DNA of 52,887 nt from a virus (Duplodnaviria; Caudoviricetes), in the IMG/VR virus record IMGVR_UViG_3300042549_005911, positions 1 to 52,887 of that record; one strand, 5' to 3'. Below, in pieces: positions 9,279 to 17,715 of this stretch. Position numbers and translations under genes: made by a program. Each line of letters starts with the position of its first letter. The stretch's first letter is position 1. Under the pieces are notes generated by a model that was not told where the DNA came from, did no database searches, and saw only the letters and a list, made by a program, of their open reading frames with translations.

Positions 9279-11731
9279 TAGATGACGATGACGACGATCT
9301 CGCCCACGTCCGTTGGTGGGACGACTTTGAAATCACTGGCAAGACAGAAGCGACACGCGAAAAGCAGCGTGCCGAATATCTCGCGCGCCTTGAAAAACTA
9401 TATCAATATTGCCGCACGGACGTAGAGGCGGAGCGCCTAGCCGAGACAAAACTTTACCCGCTTTCTCCATCGGAGCGGCAAGTCTATCTGCTTGACCAAA
9501 CTATCAACGACAGAGGTATAAGCGTAGACCTTGAAACTACGCGCATGGCCTTGGAGTTGGTGGAGAAGGCGGGTGGGCGGCTTAACGAGCGTATCGCTAA
9601 AATCACTAATGGTCTTGTCACCACGATCAACCAACGTGACAAGATGATCCAGTGGTTCGGTATGCAAGGCTGCCATTTCACGAGCCTCGATAAGCAAGGC
9701 ATCGTGAACGCGCTCAAGGACACGTCGCTACCGCCACAGGTGCGCGAAGCCCTAGAGATACGCCAGATCGGCGCCAAGTCCTCTACCAAGAAGCTGCAAG
9801 CCATCCTCAACATGGCTGACAGCGAAGGCCGCATCCACGGCAACTTGCTCTACCACGGGGCATCGACAGGCCGCTTCTCGGGTAAGGGCGTTCAGTTGCA
9901 AAACCTACCCCGCCCTGAAATCCTCAAACAGCCCGAAGACGCAATCCCTTATATTAAGAAGGGGGATATTGACCTTATTGAGATGTGCTTTGGTCCAGTG
10001 CAGACCGTAGCCGCTGATGTGATCCGCAGCCTTGTTATGGCGGCGGAAGGTAAAGTCCTTTACGCGGCAGACTTTGCGGCCATCGAAGCCCGAGTTCTGG
10101 CGTGGTTGGCGGGGCAGCAAGACCTTGTTGACCAGTTTGCAGACGGCGATGACATTTACTGCAACTTTGCGAGCCTGGTTTATAAAAAACCTCTTAATAA
10201 AAAGGACAATCCTAAAGAGAGGCAACTAGGAAAGGCGTGCATTGCCGAAGGGACTCTGGTATATACGGACCACGGGCTTGTCCCGATAGAACAAATCACT
10301 TTTGATATGAAAGTTTGGGACGGTGAAGAATGGGTAGAGCATCTGGGAGTCTTGTCGAATTGCACGCGAAGCGTGTTGCCTTTGTGCGGGATTTGGTTGA
10401 CTCCGGATCATCGAGTGTTGTGCGGGACGAGTTGGTTGGACGCCGGGTTTCTGGCGCAAGACAGAGATTCCCTACCCCTAGCATTGGCCACCGCAGCGGG
10501 AAACTTACCGTCACCGGATATTTTATTGGAGTCAGGGGAGGGATCGCGGGCCTTATTGTCCAGTGCGATTGCAGCCCCGGAGAATACTCCGTGCCAAATA
10601 ACTCGTATAGAAATTTCACCAGCACGCGATGCGCGCTGTGCGCCAACACTAAAAGCGGAACTACGCGAAAGAATTTTTGGGGTTATGCGGATATTTGCCC
10701 CGAAGATGACCATAGGACGCGGCTCCTTAACCGGATATCTGCGATCATCAACAGGTGCTGCAATCCCAACGATTCAGGATACGCGCATTATGGTGGACGG
10801 GGTTTGCGTGTCTACGAGCCTTGGATCAAAGACCGAAGGGGATTTCTCAAGTATCTGCTCAGTCTTGAAAACTGGGATGTCCCTGAGTTTGAGCTTGATA
10901 GGGCTGACAACAATCTCGGCTATCTCCCCGGAAATTTGCGGTTTGTCTCCCGTAAAGATAACGTCAACAATAGGCGGAGTGTCGGGGAACTGCAACGTAG
11001 AATCCAAGACCTTGAAGCCCGTCTACGATCTTGTAAATGCGGGGCCGCGCAACAGGTTCATGATACACACGGATCGCGGACCCTTAATTGTTCATAATTG
11101 TATATTGGGTCTGGGCTACGCCATGGGCGCCTCTAAGTTCGCTTTGACTTGCGCCAAGGACCAGATTTTCTTGGAAGAAGAAGAATACAAGCGCGTCGTT
11201 ACTTTGTATCGTGAAACCTACAGCCAAATCCCCAAATTTTGGTATGCCTTGGAGCGCGCCGCGATGCGGGCGATCAGCAACCCCAACAGCGTGGTCACGC
11301 TGCGGAACATGAAGTTTAGGATGCGCGATGGCAACTTGCGCTTGCTTCTACCGTCAGGCCGTGCGCTCAACTACCCAGAAGCCCGCGTCTGCAAGGTCAA
11401 GACGCCTTGGGGCGAGATGAAGAACGGCGTCGAGATCAGCGCTGTTAACGCTCTTACCCGCAAGTGGGAACGCGCCACCATAAGCCCTGGCACCTTTACC
11501 GAGAATGTCGTGCAAGCCGTTTCGCGCGACCTCATGATATCGTCAATGTTCCGACTTGAGGAACACAACTATCCCGTGTTGTTGACAGTTCATGACGAAG
11601 TGGTTTCCGAGGTTGACGAGGGCTACGGAAGCGTGGCAGAGTATGAAGCGTTGGTAGCCGCCACGCCCGATTGGGCGGCAGGGCTGCCCGTCAAGGCTGA
11701 AGGCTGGTCTGGTAAAAGGTATAGAAAATGA
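9275..11731 (+). CDS. polA: Family A DNA polymerase, main part (intein-containing)
   Basis: ExoIII YCRTDV, TGRFSG..VQLQNLPR, motif A ADFAAIEARVLAW, motif B RQLGKA|CILGLGY interrupted by an insertion, motif C LTVHDEVV. Confidence 0.95.
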   Translation: MIDDDDDDLAHVRWWDDFEITGKTEATREKQRAEYLARLEKLYQYCRTDVEAERLAETKLYPLSPSERQVYLLDQTINDRGISVDLETTRMALELVEKAGGRLNERIAKITNGLVTTINQRDKMIQWFGMQGCHFTSLDKQGIVNALKDTSLPPQVREALEIRQIGAKSSTKKLQAILNMADSEGRIHGNLLYHGASTGRFSGKGVQLQNLPRPEILKQPEDAIPYIKKGDIDLIEMCFGPVQTVAADVIRSLVMAAEGKVLYAADFAAIEARVLAWLAGQQDLVDQFADGDDIYCNFASLVYKKPLNKKDNPKERQLGKACIAEGTLVYTDHGLVPIEQITFDMKVWDGEEWVEHLGVLSNCTRSVLPLCGIWLTPDHRVLCGTSWLDAGFLAQDRDSLPLALATAAGNLPSPDILLESGEGSRALLSSAIAAPENTPCQITRIEISPARDARCAPTLKAELRERIFGVMRIFAPKMTIGRGSLTGYLRSSTGAAIPTIQDTRIMVDGVCVSTSLGSKTEGDFSSICSVLKTGMSLSLSLIGLTTISAISPEICGLSPVKITSTIGGVSGNCNVESKTLKPVYDLVNAGPRNRFMIHTDRGPLIVHNCILGLGYAMGASKFALTCAKDQIFLEEEEYKRVVTLYRETYSQIPKFWYALERAAMRAISNPNSVVTLRNMKFRMRDGNLRLLLPSGRALNYPEARVCKVKTPWGEMKNGVEISAVNALTRKWERATISPGTFTENVVQAVSRDLMISSMFRLEEHNYPVLLTVHDEVVSEVDEGYGSVAEYEALVAATPDWAAGLPVKAEGWSGKRYRK
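10238..11098 (+). mobile_element. Intein (287 aa) in PolA motif B
   Basis: Block A CIAEGTLVYTDHGLVPIEQI, block B LTPDHRVL, block F VYDLV, block G LIVHN followed by +1 Cys. Removal restores RQLGKACILGLGYAMG. Confidence 0.95.
10330..11097 (+). CDS. HNH-family homing endonuclease nested in the intein, alternative (-1) frame
   Basis: IGHRSGKLTV, CDC..RCALC, RCCNPNDSGYAHYGGRGLRVYEPW, ELDRADNNLGYLPGNLRFVSRKDNVNNRR. The start codon is uncertain. Confidence 0.88.
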   Translation: MGRASGSLVELHAKRVAFVRDLVDSGSSSVVRDELVGRRVSGARQRFPTPSIGHRSGKLTVTGYFIGVRGGIAGLIVQCDCSPGEYSVPNNSYRNFTSTRCALCANTKSGTTRKNFWGYADICPEDDHRTRLLNRISAIINRCCNPNDSGYAHYGGRGLRVYEPWIKDRRGFLKYLLSLENWDVPEFELDRADNNLGYLPGNLRFVSRKDNVNNRRSVGELQRRIQDLEARLRSCKCGAAQQVHDTHGSRTLNCS

Positions 11732-12144
11732 CAGGAACGCTTATCTTCAAGAAGCACATCTCTAAGCGAGATGTGCTTGAAAGGTTCCCGAATACGCTTT
11801 TTCTTTTTGGTGACAATATGCGGCGCCAAGGCTACGGTGGACAGGCAAGAGTTATGCGGGATCACCCGAATTGCTTTGGGGTGCCTACAAAGTGGGCACC
11901 AGATACGCAAAAAGCGTCTTATTTTAAGGATGAAGACTTTGAGTTTGTCGAGGATGCCATCCGGTTTCCGCTTACTATCGCATACTCATTCATGATGATA
12001 GGAAAGACGGTAGTGGTGCCCACGGACGGTCTTGGCACAGGACTAGCTGAGTTGCCGACACGAGCGCCAAAGATTTTTGCGTTTATTGAGAATCGTATCG
12101 CCATGTTGGCGAACAACGCAACAACCATCAACCACGAGGACTAA
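11728..12144 (+). CDS. Conserved phage protein
   Basis: ATGA-coupled to polA. FLFGDN..GYGGQA..MR..PN.FGVPTK and DGLGTGLA resemble a recurrent phage family. Confidence 0.75.
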   Translation: MTGTLIFKKHISKRDVLERFPNTLFLFGDNMRRQGYGGQARVMRDHPNCFGVPTKWAPDTQKASYFKDEDFEFVEDAIRFPLTIAYSFMMIGKTVVVPTDGLGTGLAELPTRAPKIFAFIENRIAMLANNATTINHED

Positions 12145-12149
12145 GCCCC

Positions 12150-12401
12150 ATGTCTGAAGTAGGCCACAACTCCGTCTCCTCTGACCGACTTCTTTCTATC
12201 ATTGAGCGTATCGAACGCCTCAATGGAGAAAAGAAGGATATCCAAGATGCTATCAAGGATATCATGGCAGAGGCTAAGGGAGCAGGTTTTAACCCCAAGG
12301 TCATCCGCGAAGTTATCAAGATGCGCGCGGAAGACAGGGACGACCGAGAGGAGCGCGAGGCAATTCGAGACGCCTACCTAAAGGCGCTCGGTATGTATTG
12401 A
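12150..12401 (+). CDS. gapR: GapR/DUF2312 (UPF0335) DNA-binding protein
   Basis: RLLSIIERIERLNGEKKDIQDAIKDIMAEAKGAGFNPKVIREVIKMR...YLKALGM. Confidence 0.9.
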   Translation: MSEVGHNSVSSDRLLSIIERIERLNGEKKDIQDAIKDIMAEAKGAGFNPKVIREVIKMRAEDRDDREEREAIRDAYLKALGMY

Positions 12402-12407
12402 AAAATG

Positions 12408-12439
12408 TGCCGCCACAAAAAAGTGGCGGCATTTTTTTT
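12408..12439 (+). terminator. Intrinsic terminator ending the replication operon
   Basis: TGCCGCCAC-A6-GTGGCGGCA followed by T8. Confidence 0.85.
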
Positions 12440-12542
12440 AAGGCCGAGGATATTCGTTTAAGCGAGAAAGGTAAGTCAAGGCATTGCTTAGTGCTATCAA
12501 CCTTTCTACTTTTTAGTGGCTAAACCTGCATAGGAGACTTCA

Positions 12543-13364
12543 GTGGCCGCAATCCGTCTGACCAAATCTCAGAAGCGCCAGACCCGCAAAGCCACAAAGA
12601 CCCCCAAAACCCAAGCGCCTGAGTTTAGTCTTGCTCCTCTTTCTCCAAAAAACCCTGCCCAATCCAAGTATCTCTCAGCAATTCAGAAATACCAGCAAGT
12701 ATTTGCGTTAGGCCCCGCAGGCGCAGGCAAGACCTACCTCGCTACACATTACGCCGTGCAAGAGATACTGGCAGAACGATGCAGGAAGTTCATCGTCGCT
12801 CGACCCATGATTTCTTCTGACCGCAGCGAGAATATTGGTTTCCTTCCTGGCGACCTCAATATGAAGTTCACGCCATGGGCGATCCCTATTATAGACGTGA
12901 TTGAAAAGCTCGTTGGCAAAGTGCGCGCACAAGAATGGCTTCGTAAGGGGACCATTGAGTTCGCGCCTTTCCAATTCATGCGAGGCCGCACTTTCGACGG
13001 CGGCGCTATCGTCCTGCTTGACGAAGCGCAGAACTGCACCAAGGAGCAGTTGCGCCTTTTTGTCACCCGCCTTGGCGATTGCAAGGTTATCATCTCGGGC
13101 GATCCCCAGCAGAGCGATATCCGCGACTCTGGCCTAACCTACGTAGTTGCTTTGGCGAAGCGATACCAGATTGGCGCTGAGGTCTGCCGCTTCAACAGTA
13201 AGGATATTGTTCGCAGCCGACTTTGCCAAGCATGGGTTGAGGCTTTTGACAGCGAGAGTGATTTTGATATTGACATGAAAAAGCAAAGCGAGCATAGAAG
13301 CGACGCTATCCTCTATGTGCGTCCTCCTCTGGACTTTTCCTCTGAACGGTTTGATGCAGATTAA
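12543..13364 (+). CDS. phoH: PhoH-family ATPase
   Basis: GPAGAGKT, GFLPGDL, FMRGRTF, LDEAQN, GDPQQSD. Confidence 0.95.
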   Translation: MAAIRLTKSQKRQTRKATKTPKTQAPEFSLAPLSPKNPAQSKYLSAIQKYQQVFALGPAGAGKTYLATHYAVQEILAERCRKFIVARPMISSDRSENIGFLPGDLNMKFTPWAIPIIDVIEKLVGKVRAQEWLRKGTIEFAPFQFMRGRTFDGGAIVLLDEAQNCTKEQLRLFVTRLGDCKVIISGDPQQSDIRDSGLTYVVALAKRYQIGAEVCRFNSKDIVRSRLCQAWVEAFDSESDFDIDMKKQSEHRSDAILYVRPPLDFSSERFDAD

Positions 13365-13390
13365 GTTTTTTTATTGGCGCTGCGGAGATC

Positions 13391-13702
13391 ATGGCGCGGC
13401 ATAATAAGCCACCCCCCGACATAGGCTATTGGACGGAGTGGGATTTACGCCAAGCGCGTGATTGGAAACGTGCGGGATTCACGATCCCTGAAATCGCTCA
13501 GGCGCTTGGCAGGGACGTGACGCATGTCCAAATAAAATGGGAAATGGACGCTTTTTCTTTAGAAATTAAACCAAAAATCCCAAAAAAATGCTTGTCGTGT
13601 TCGCAAGTCTTTGATAGTGATGGCGCGCATAATCGCATCTGCGATAAATGCAGACTCAAGCAGTCTACAAGCGCATCTGTTATCGGAGAGTATGGCACAT
13701 GA
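13391..13702 (+). CDS. HTH (GcrA N-terminus-like) plus CxxC-CxxC zinc-ribbon protein
   Basis: WTEWDL...GFTIPEIAQALGR and CLSC...NRICDKC. Confidence 0.6.
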   Translation: MARHNKPPPDIGYWTEWDLRQARDWKRAGFTIPEIAQALGRDVTHVQIKWEMDAFSLEIKPKIPKKCLSCSQVFDSDGAHNRICDKCRLKQSTSASVIGEYGT

Positions 13703-13917
13703 CCTTGGCTTTCAACACTTGGATCGACATTGGTGAGCGTAACCGTGAAGTGCGCCCGCTCCTATGGAAAACATATCCGATGGCCCCTATGACGGTCGGA
13801 CAGGCATACGACATGGCTGTGGCCAATCGCATCTACATGATGCACCGTCATGAACCGAAGCGGGTTGTGATGCAGGTTTGGATTCCCAAGCCTATCGACA
13901 AGAAGATTTATGGATAG
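13699..13917 (+). CDS. Hypothetical protein
   Basis: ATGA overlap with the upstream gene; GGAG RBS. Confidence 0.6.
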   Translation: MTLAFNTWIDIGERNREVRPLLWKTYPMAPMTVGQAYDMAVANRIYMMHRHEPKRVVMQVWIPKPIDKKIYG

Positions 13918-13925
13918 AGGGTGAC

Positions 13926-14360
13926 ATGCAACTGCCGACAGTGAAGTTACGCCATAAGGCGACAGGTCGAACAAAGATTGTCAATCAGACCAAGTATGCT
14001 GATAACCTCAGTGCTTGGTCAGGATGGCAACTTGTCTCCATGCGCGGAGGTTCAGCCCCGGATGCTATGGTGGCGCTGGAACGGCAGCAAGAGCGTATCG
14101 AAGAAGATCGCAAGCACAACCCCAACTCGCCCGCATACGCCGACCCGCAACGTGCCTTCGAAGCACGTTCGGGCCTTACGATCACAACCTACGACCCCAA
14201 AGAGAGCGAGTTCACAACCGCTATCTCTGACCCCGTAGAGGCACCGGAGGAAGCCGAAATTGAAACGCGCGAAGTGCCCGTCATTGGCGGCAGCCAAGTG
14301 GTGAAGGTCAAGGGCAAACCCGGTCGAAAGCCGAAGTCAATCAGTGATGAGGTTCTATGA
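13926..14360 (+). CDS. Hypothetical protein
   Basis: GAGGG RBS before MQLPTVKL; coupled to the next gene. Confidence 0.65.
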   Translation: MQLPTVKLRHKATGRTKIVNQTKYADNLSAWSGWQLVSMRGGSAPDAMVALERQQERIEEDRKHNPNSPAYADPQRAFEARSGLTITTYDPKESEFTTAISDPVEAPEEAEIETREVPVIGGSQVVKVKGKPGRKPKSISDEVL

Positions 14361-14569
14361 GCAATCGAGTAATTGTTGACGCTACGGCGTTGAATACGCT
14401 GTGCGAGGAAGCCGCCCGGCACATGGCTTTGCGCGACCTTGTGGGGCAAGTGCGGTCCAGCGTCAAGGCAATGCCAAAGTCGAAGGCGAAGCCCAAGCCC
14501 GAGCCAGAGCCTGAGCCAGAGCCTGAAGTCTATCCTGTCCCCGCACCGCAGTCCGACGAACCGATCTAA
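14357..14569 (+). CDS. Hypothetical protein with (PE)n tract
   Basis: ATGA overlap, GAGG RBS, KPKPEPEPEPEPE. Confidence 0.55.
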   Translation: MSNRVIVDATALNTLCEEAARHMALRDLVGQVRSSVKAMPKSKAKPKPEPEPEPEPEVYPVPAPQSDEPI

Positions 14570-14584
14570 AATCAGAGGCGCACT

Positions 14585-15370
14585 ATGAAGTATCTAGCGA
14601 TTACGTCCTTTAGCCAAGAGGGCTACGAGGCGTATGGCAGGAATATGATTGAATCATACCTCGCCAATCCACTAGCCGATTCTCAACTTTGGGTTTTCAG
14701 TGATACGGCCCTTCTTCACGATACCGAAGACACTCCGCTTGTGAAGTTCTTCGCTCTGGACGAGGAAGCAACAAGCCTTACGGAGTTCAAGGCGCGGCAC
14801 AATTCCCCCGTAGTCCATGGTCGCTTTGGGCGCACCTACGACTATCGTTTTGACGCGGTGAAGTTTTCCCATAAGCCCGCTGCGATTGCTGCGGCCCTCC
14901 GCATCTTTAGCGCACTGGATTTGAAGGATCAGCCTGAAGTCTTGGTCTGGTTTGACGGGGACACGGTATTCAAGACGCCCCTTACGGATGCGTTCTTGGT
15001 TGATAAGTTCCCGACCTGGGCACACATCGGGCATTTTCCTCGCAACAATAACCATACAGAAGCGGGCATCCTTATGTTCCGCGTCAACAACGCCAATGTC
15101 GTGGCGATGCTCCGCATCTTCTGGCAGGTCTATGTTGAGGACCAAGTTTTCCGTTTGCCCGCTTGGACGGATTGCCATGTGTTCGATACACTTGTGGCAG
15201 GTGGGGTGAAGGATGGCATGGTGCGCGCCGTCAATCTCGGAGACGATCTCTCGTTCAATACAAGCCACCCCATCGTCAATTCTGATTGGCGTGGGTATGT
15301 GGATCATTTGAAGGGTGCACGCAAGCAGGCGGGCGCTTCATACAGTTCTGATGTGGTGGTGCAAGCCTGA
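14585..15370 (+). CDS. Putative glycosyltransferase (GT-A/DxD type)
   Basis: ITSFSQEGYEAYG, DAVKFSHK, LVWFDGD, WTDCHVFD, DHLKGARK. Confidence 0.75.
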   Translation: MKYLAITSFSQEGYEAYGRNMIESYLANPLADSQLWVFSDTALLHDTEDTPLVKFFALDEEATSLTEFKARHNSPVVHGRFGRTYDYRFDAVKFSHKPAAIAAALRIFSALDLKDQPEVLVWFDGDTVFKTPLTDAFLVDKFPTWAHIGHFPRNNNHTEAGILMFRVNNANVVAMLRIFWQVYVEDQVFRLPAWTDCHVFDTLVAGGVKDGMVRAVNLGDDLSFNTSHPIVNSDWRGYVDHLKGARKQAGASYSSDVVVQA

Positions 15371-16074
15371 TGACAGATATCAAGAAGGTGGCGGGGATTT
15401 GGCTCCCCGCCACAGAGGAACACCTTCTGCCTTTCCTTGAAGGCGCTGCTAAGCAGAACAGCAAGGGCGAGGGGAGTTACCAGCTTCACACCCTCGTAGC
15501 TATGCTCAACCACACGCCTTCAAACCGACGCAGCCTAGTGCTGGACGTAGGTGGGAATGTTGGCATGTGGTCTATGCACTTCGCCCGTGCTTTTGACCGT
15601 GTTGTGGCCTACGAGCCTATCGAGATCAACCAACGGTGCTTCATGCTCAATACCATCGAGCATCCAGAGAAGCCCACGTCGAACGTCGAACTGCGGCGGG
15701 TTGCTCTAGGTAATACGATTGGCGAGGTAGTCATGGAGTATCGCCCCGACGTTACGGCGGGCACCCATGTCGCTTCGCAAGATGCCGCAAAGCGAGAGGC
15801 ATCTTCGATCAACTACACGGTGCCCTTAACTACGCTCGATGCGGAGAACCACCCTTTTGTAAGTGCGATCAAGATGGACGTTGAGGGGTATGAATATCCC
15901 ATCGTTCTTGGCGCTGAGGGCACAATCCGGCGATGCAAGCCTATTATTTGTATCGAGCAAAAGCCGTGGGATATCTTCGAGTGGAAGCAGTACGCGGCAC
16001 TCGATCTGCTTTTGTCTTGGGGCGCCACAGTTAAGCAGCGCGTCGTTGACGATTTTATTCTTGGGTGGGACTAA
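15370..16074 (+). CDS. FkbM-family SAM methyltransferase
   Basis: VLDVGGNVGMWS, VAYEP, IKMDVEGYE, KPIICIE. Confidence 0.9.
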   Translation: MTDIKKVAGIWLPATEEHLLPFLEGAAKQNSKGEGSYQLHTLVAMLNHTPSNRRSLVLDVGGNVGMWSMHFARAFDRVVAYEPIEINQRCFMLNTIEHPEKPTSNVELRRVALGNTIGEVVMEYRPDVTAGTHVASQDAAKREASSINYTVPLTTLDAENHPFVSAIKMDVEGYEYPIVLGAEGTIRRCKPIICIEQKPWDIFEWKQYAALDLLLSWGATVKQRVVDDFILGWD

Positions 16075-16817
16075 TGGTGCCGACCGTTTATATGGGCTAC
16101 GACAGCCGAGAAGTCGAAGCGTATAAGGTCGCAGAGTTCAGTTTGAAGCGGCGGGCCTCTGTGCCCGTTAGCGTTGTCCCTCTCAAAATTGATGACTTGC
16201 GCGATCAAGGGATGATCTGGCGACAGACTGAAACGCGAGAGGGCAAACTGTGGGACGTGATCTCAGAAGCCCCGCAGTCTACAGAGTTCGCGATCAGCCG
16301 GTTTTTGACTCCCATCCTGCACAGGGCAAAATATGGCTATGCCGGATGGGCCATCTTTGTCGATTGCGATGTTCTGTTCTTGGAGGACATTGCGAAATTG
16401 TTTGACTTGCTAGAAAGCAAGTATGCAGTGATGTGCGTCAAGCACGAGTATAACCCATCCACTATGCTAAAGATGGACGGACAGATTCAGACGCACTATA
16501 GTTTCAAAAATTGGTCCTCAGTCATGGCCTTCAACTGCAATCATTTTGCGAATGATTGCTTGAACCTTGCCCATATCAATTCTGTGCCTGGGCGAGATTT
16601 ACATAGGTTTGACTGGATCAAAAACCCTGACAAGCATATTGGCGCGCTACCACGAGAGTGGAATGCCCTTATTGGTGAGCCTGGGTATGATATCCAAACT
16701 GCGAAGATTGCGCACTATACGCTAGGCGGCCCTTGGATGGGCAACACCATTTCACCTGAAGCAGATGCTATCTGGCTTGCCGAACGAGATGCCTTTGTAA
16801 AGTCTGGTGGAAATTGA
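16074..16817 (+). CDS. Glycosyltransferase (GT8-like)
   Basis: VYMGYDSRE, STEFAISRFL, AIFVDCDVLF, KNWSSVM, WNALIG, AHYTLGGPW. Confidence 0.85.
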   Translation: MVPTVYMGYDSREVEAYKVAEFSLKRRASVPVSVVPLKIDDLRDQGMIWRQTETREGKLWDVISEAPQSTEFAISRFLTPILHRAKYGYAGWAIFVDCDVLFLEDIAKLFDLLESKYAVMCVKHEYNPSTMLKMDGQIQTHYSFKNWSSVMAFNCNHFANDCLNLAHINSVPGRDLHRFDWIKNPDKHIGALPREWNALIGEPGYDIQTAKIAHYTLGGPWMGNTISPEADAIWLAERDAFVKSGGN

Positions 16818-16849
16818 TATAACCCGAACCTTCGGATGGGGTGGAAGTC

Positions 16850-17341
16850 ATGGCTCTTATTCTTGAAGATGGTTCGGGTAAAACCAATTCACAGACCTAC
16901 GTTCTTGGCGCGGACGTTGCAGCGTACGCACGTCTCTATGGCCTCGCTCCCCCGGTATCGGCGGACGCTGATATCATGAAGGCTATGCGGTATATCGAAG
17001 GCGCGTATTATGAGCGCTGGATCGGGCTCAAGAAAACGGAAAATCAGGCCCTTTCTTGGCCCCGCGCTTATGCTGTTCGCCGGGACGGATGGACAGTTGA
17101 TGAAAGTGAACTTCCAAAAGAATTAAAAGATGCAGTATGCGCTTTAGCACTACGGTCCCGTGATGGAGAAAATCTCATTCCTGACCTGACGCGAAATGAT
17201 TCCGTTCTTGAAGAACAGATCGGGCCTATCCGTGTGAAGTATGATTCTAGGGCAAGGTCTGTGACTCTGTTTCGGGATATCGAGTTCATCCTAAAGCCTA
17301 TTTGCCAACCCCTCGGTTTCCCACAGATCGTCAGGACATGA
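16850..17341 (+). CDS. Head-tail adaptor (DnaT-like annotation family)
   Basis: MALILEDGSG...YV, QALSWPR, IGPIRVKY; first gene of the neck cluster. Confidence 0.8.
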   Translation: MALILEDGSGKTNSQTYVLGADVAAYARLYGLAPPVSADADIMKAMRYIEGAYYERWIGLKKTENQALSWPRAYAVRRDGWTVDESELPKELKDAVCALALRSRDGENLIPDLTRNDSVLEEQIGPIRVKYDSRARSVTLFRDIEFILKPICQPLGFPQIVRT

Positions 17342-17715
17342 GCGCTAGTATCTTCGAACGGCTTCGCGACGGAACTGGTCTTCGCCTACTTCAGAAATAT
17401 GGCGACGTTTTCCGAGTCACGAAACGGAGCGATCAGGTTTTCACCCCGTCAACAGGGTCAGTCACGGCAAGCACGGCCACACAAGATTTACGCGGAAAAT
17501 CTTTTTCGCGTGATAGTCGTTTTGATGACCCCGAGTTTGCTGAAACCTCAGAGGTTGAAATCTATTTGACTGCAAGCGGGGCGGCGTTTGCACCAAAGCC
17601 AGGAATGACAATCGGCTCCCCGGTATCAACTACCGAGCCTTATAAAATCACAAGGGTGCAGGCCATACCTGAGAGTGGCACGGTTGTGATGTATCGGCTT
17701 TTGGCTCAAAAATAA
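17338..17715 (+). CDS. Head-closure/stopper protein (putative)
   Basis: Position and size; RLLQKYG motif; coupled on both sides. Confidence 0.65.
   Translation: MSASIFERLRDGTGLRLLQKYGDVFRVTKRSDQVFTPSTGSVTASTATQDLRGKSFSRDSRFDDPEFAETSEVEIYLTASGAAFAPKPGMTIGSPVSTTEPYKITRVQAIPESGTVVMYRLLAQK

Noticed and set aside
10238-11098. Group I intron carrying the HNH
   Set aside because: The insertion keeps the polymerase frame open and has complete intein blocks A, B, F and G with a +1 Cys.
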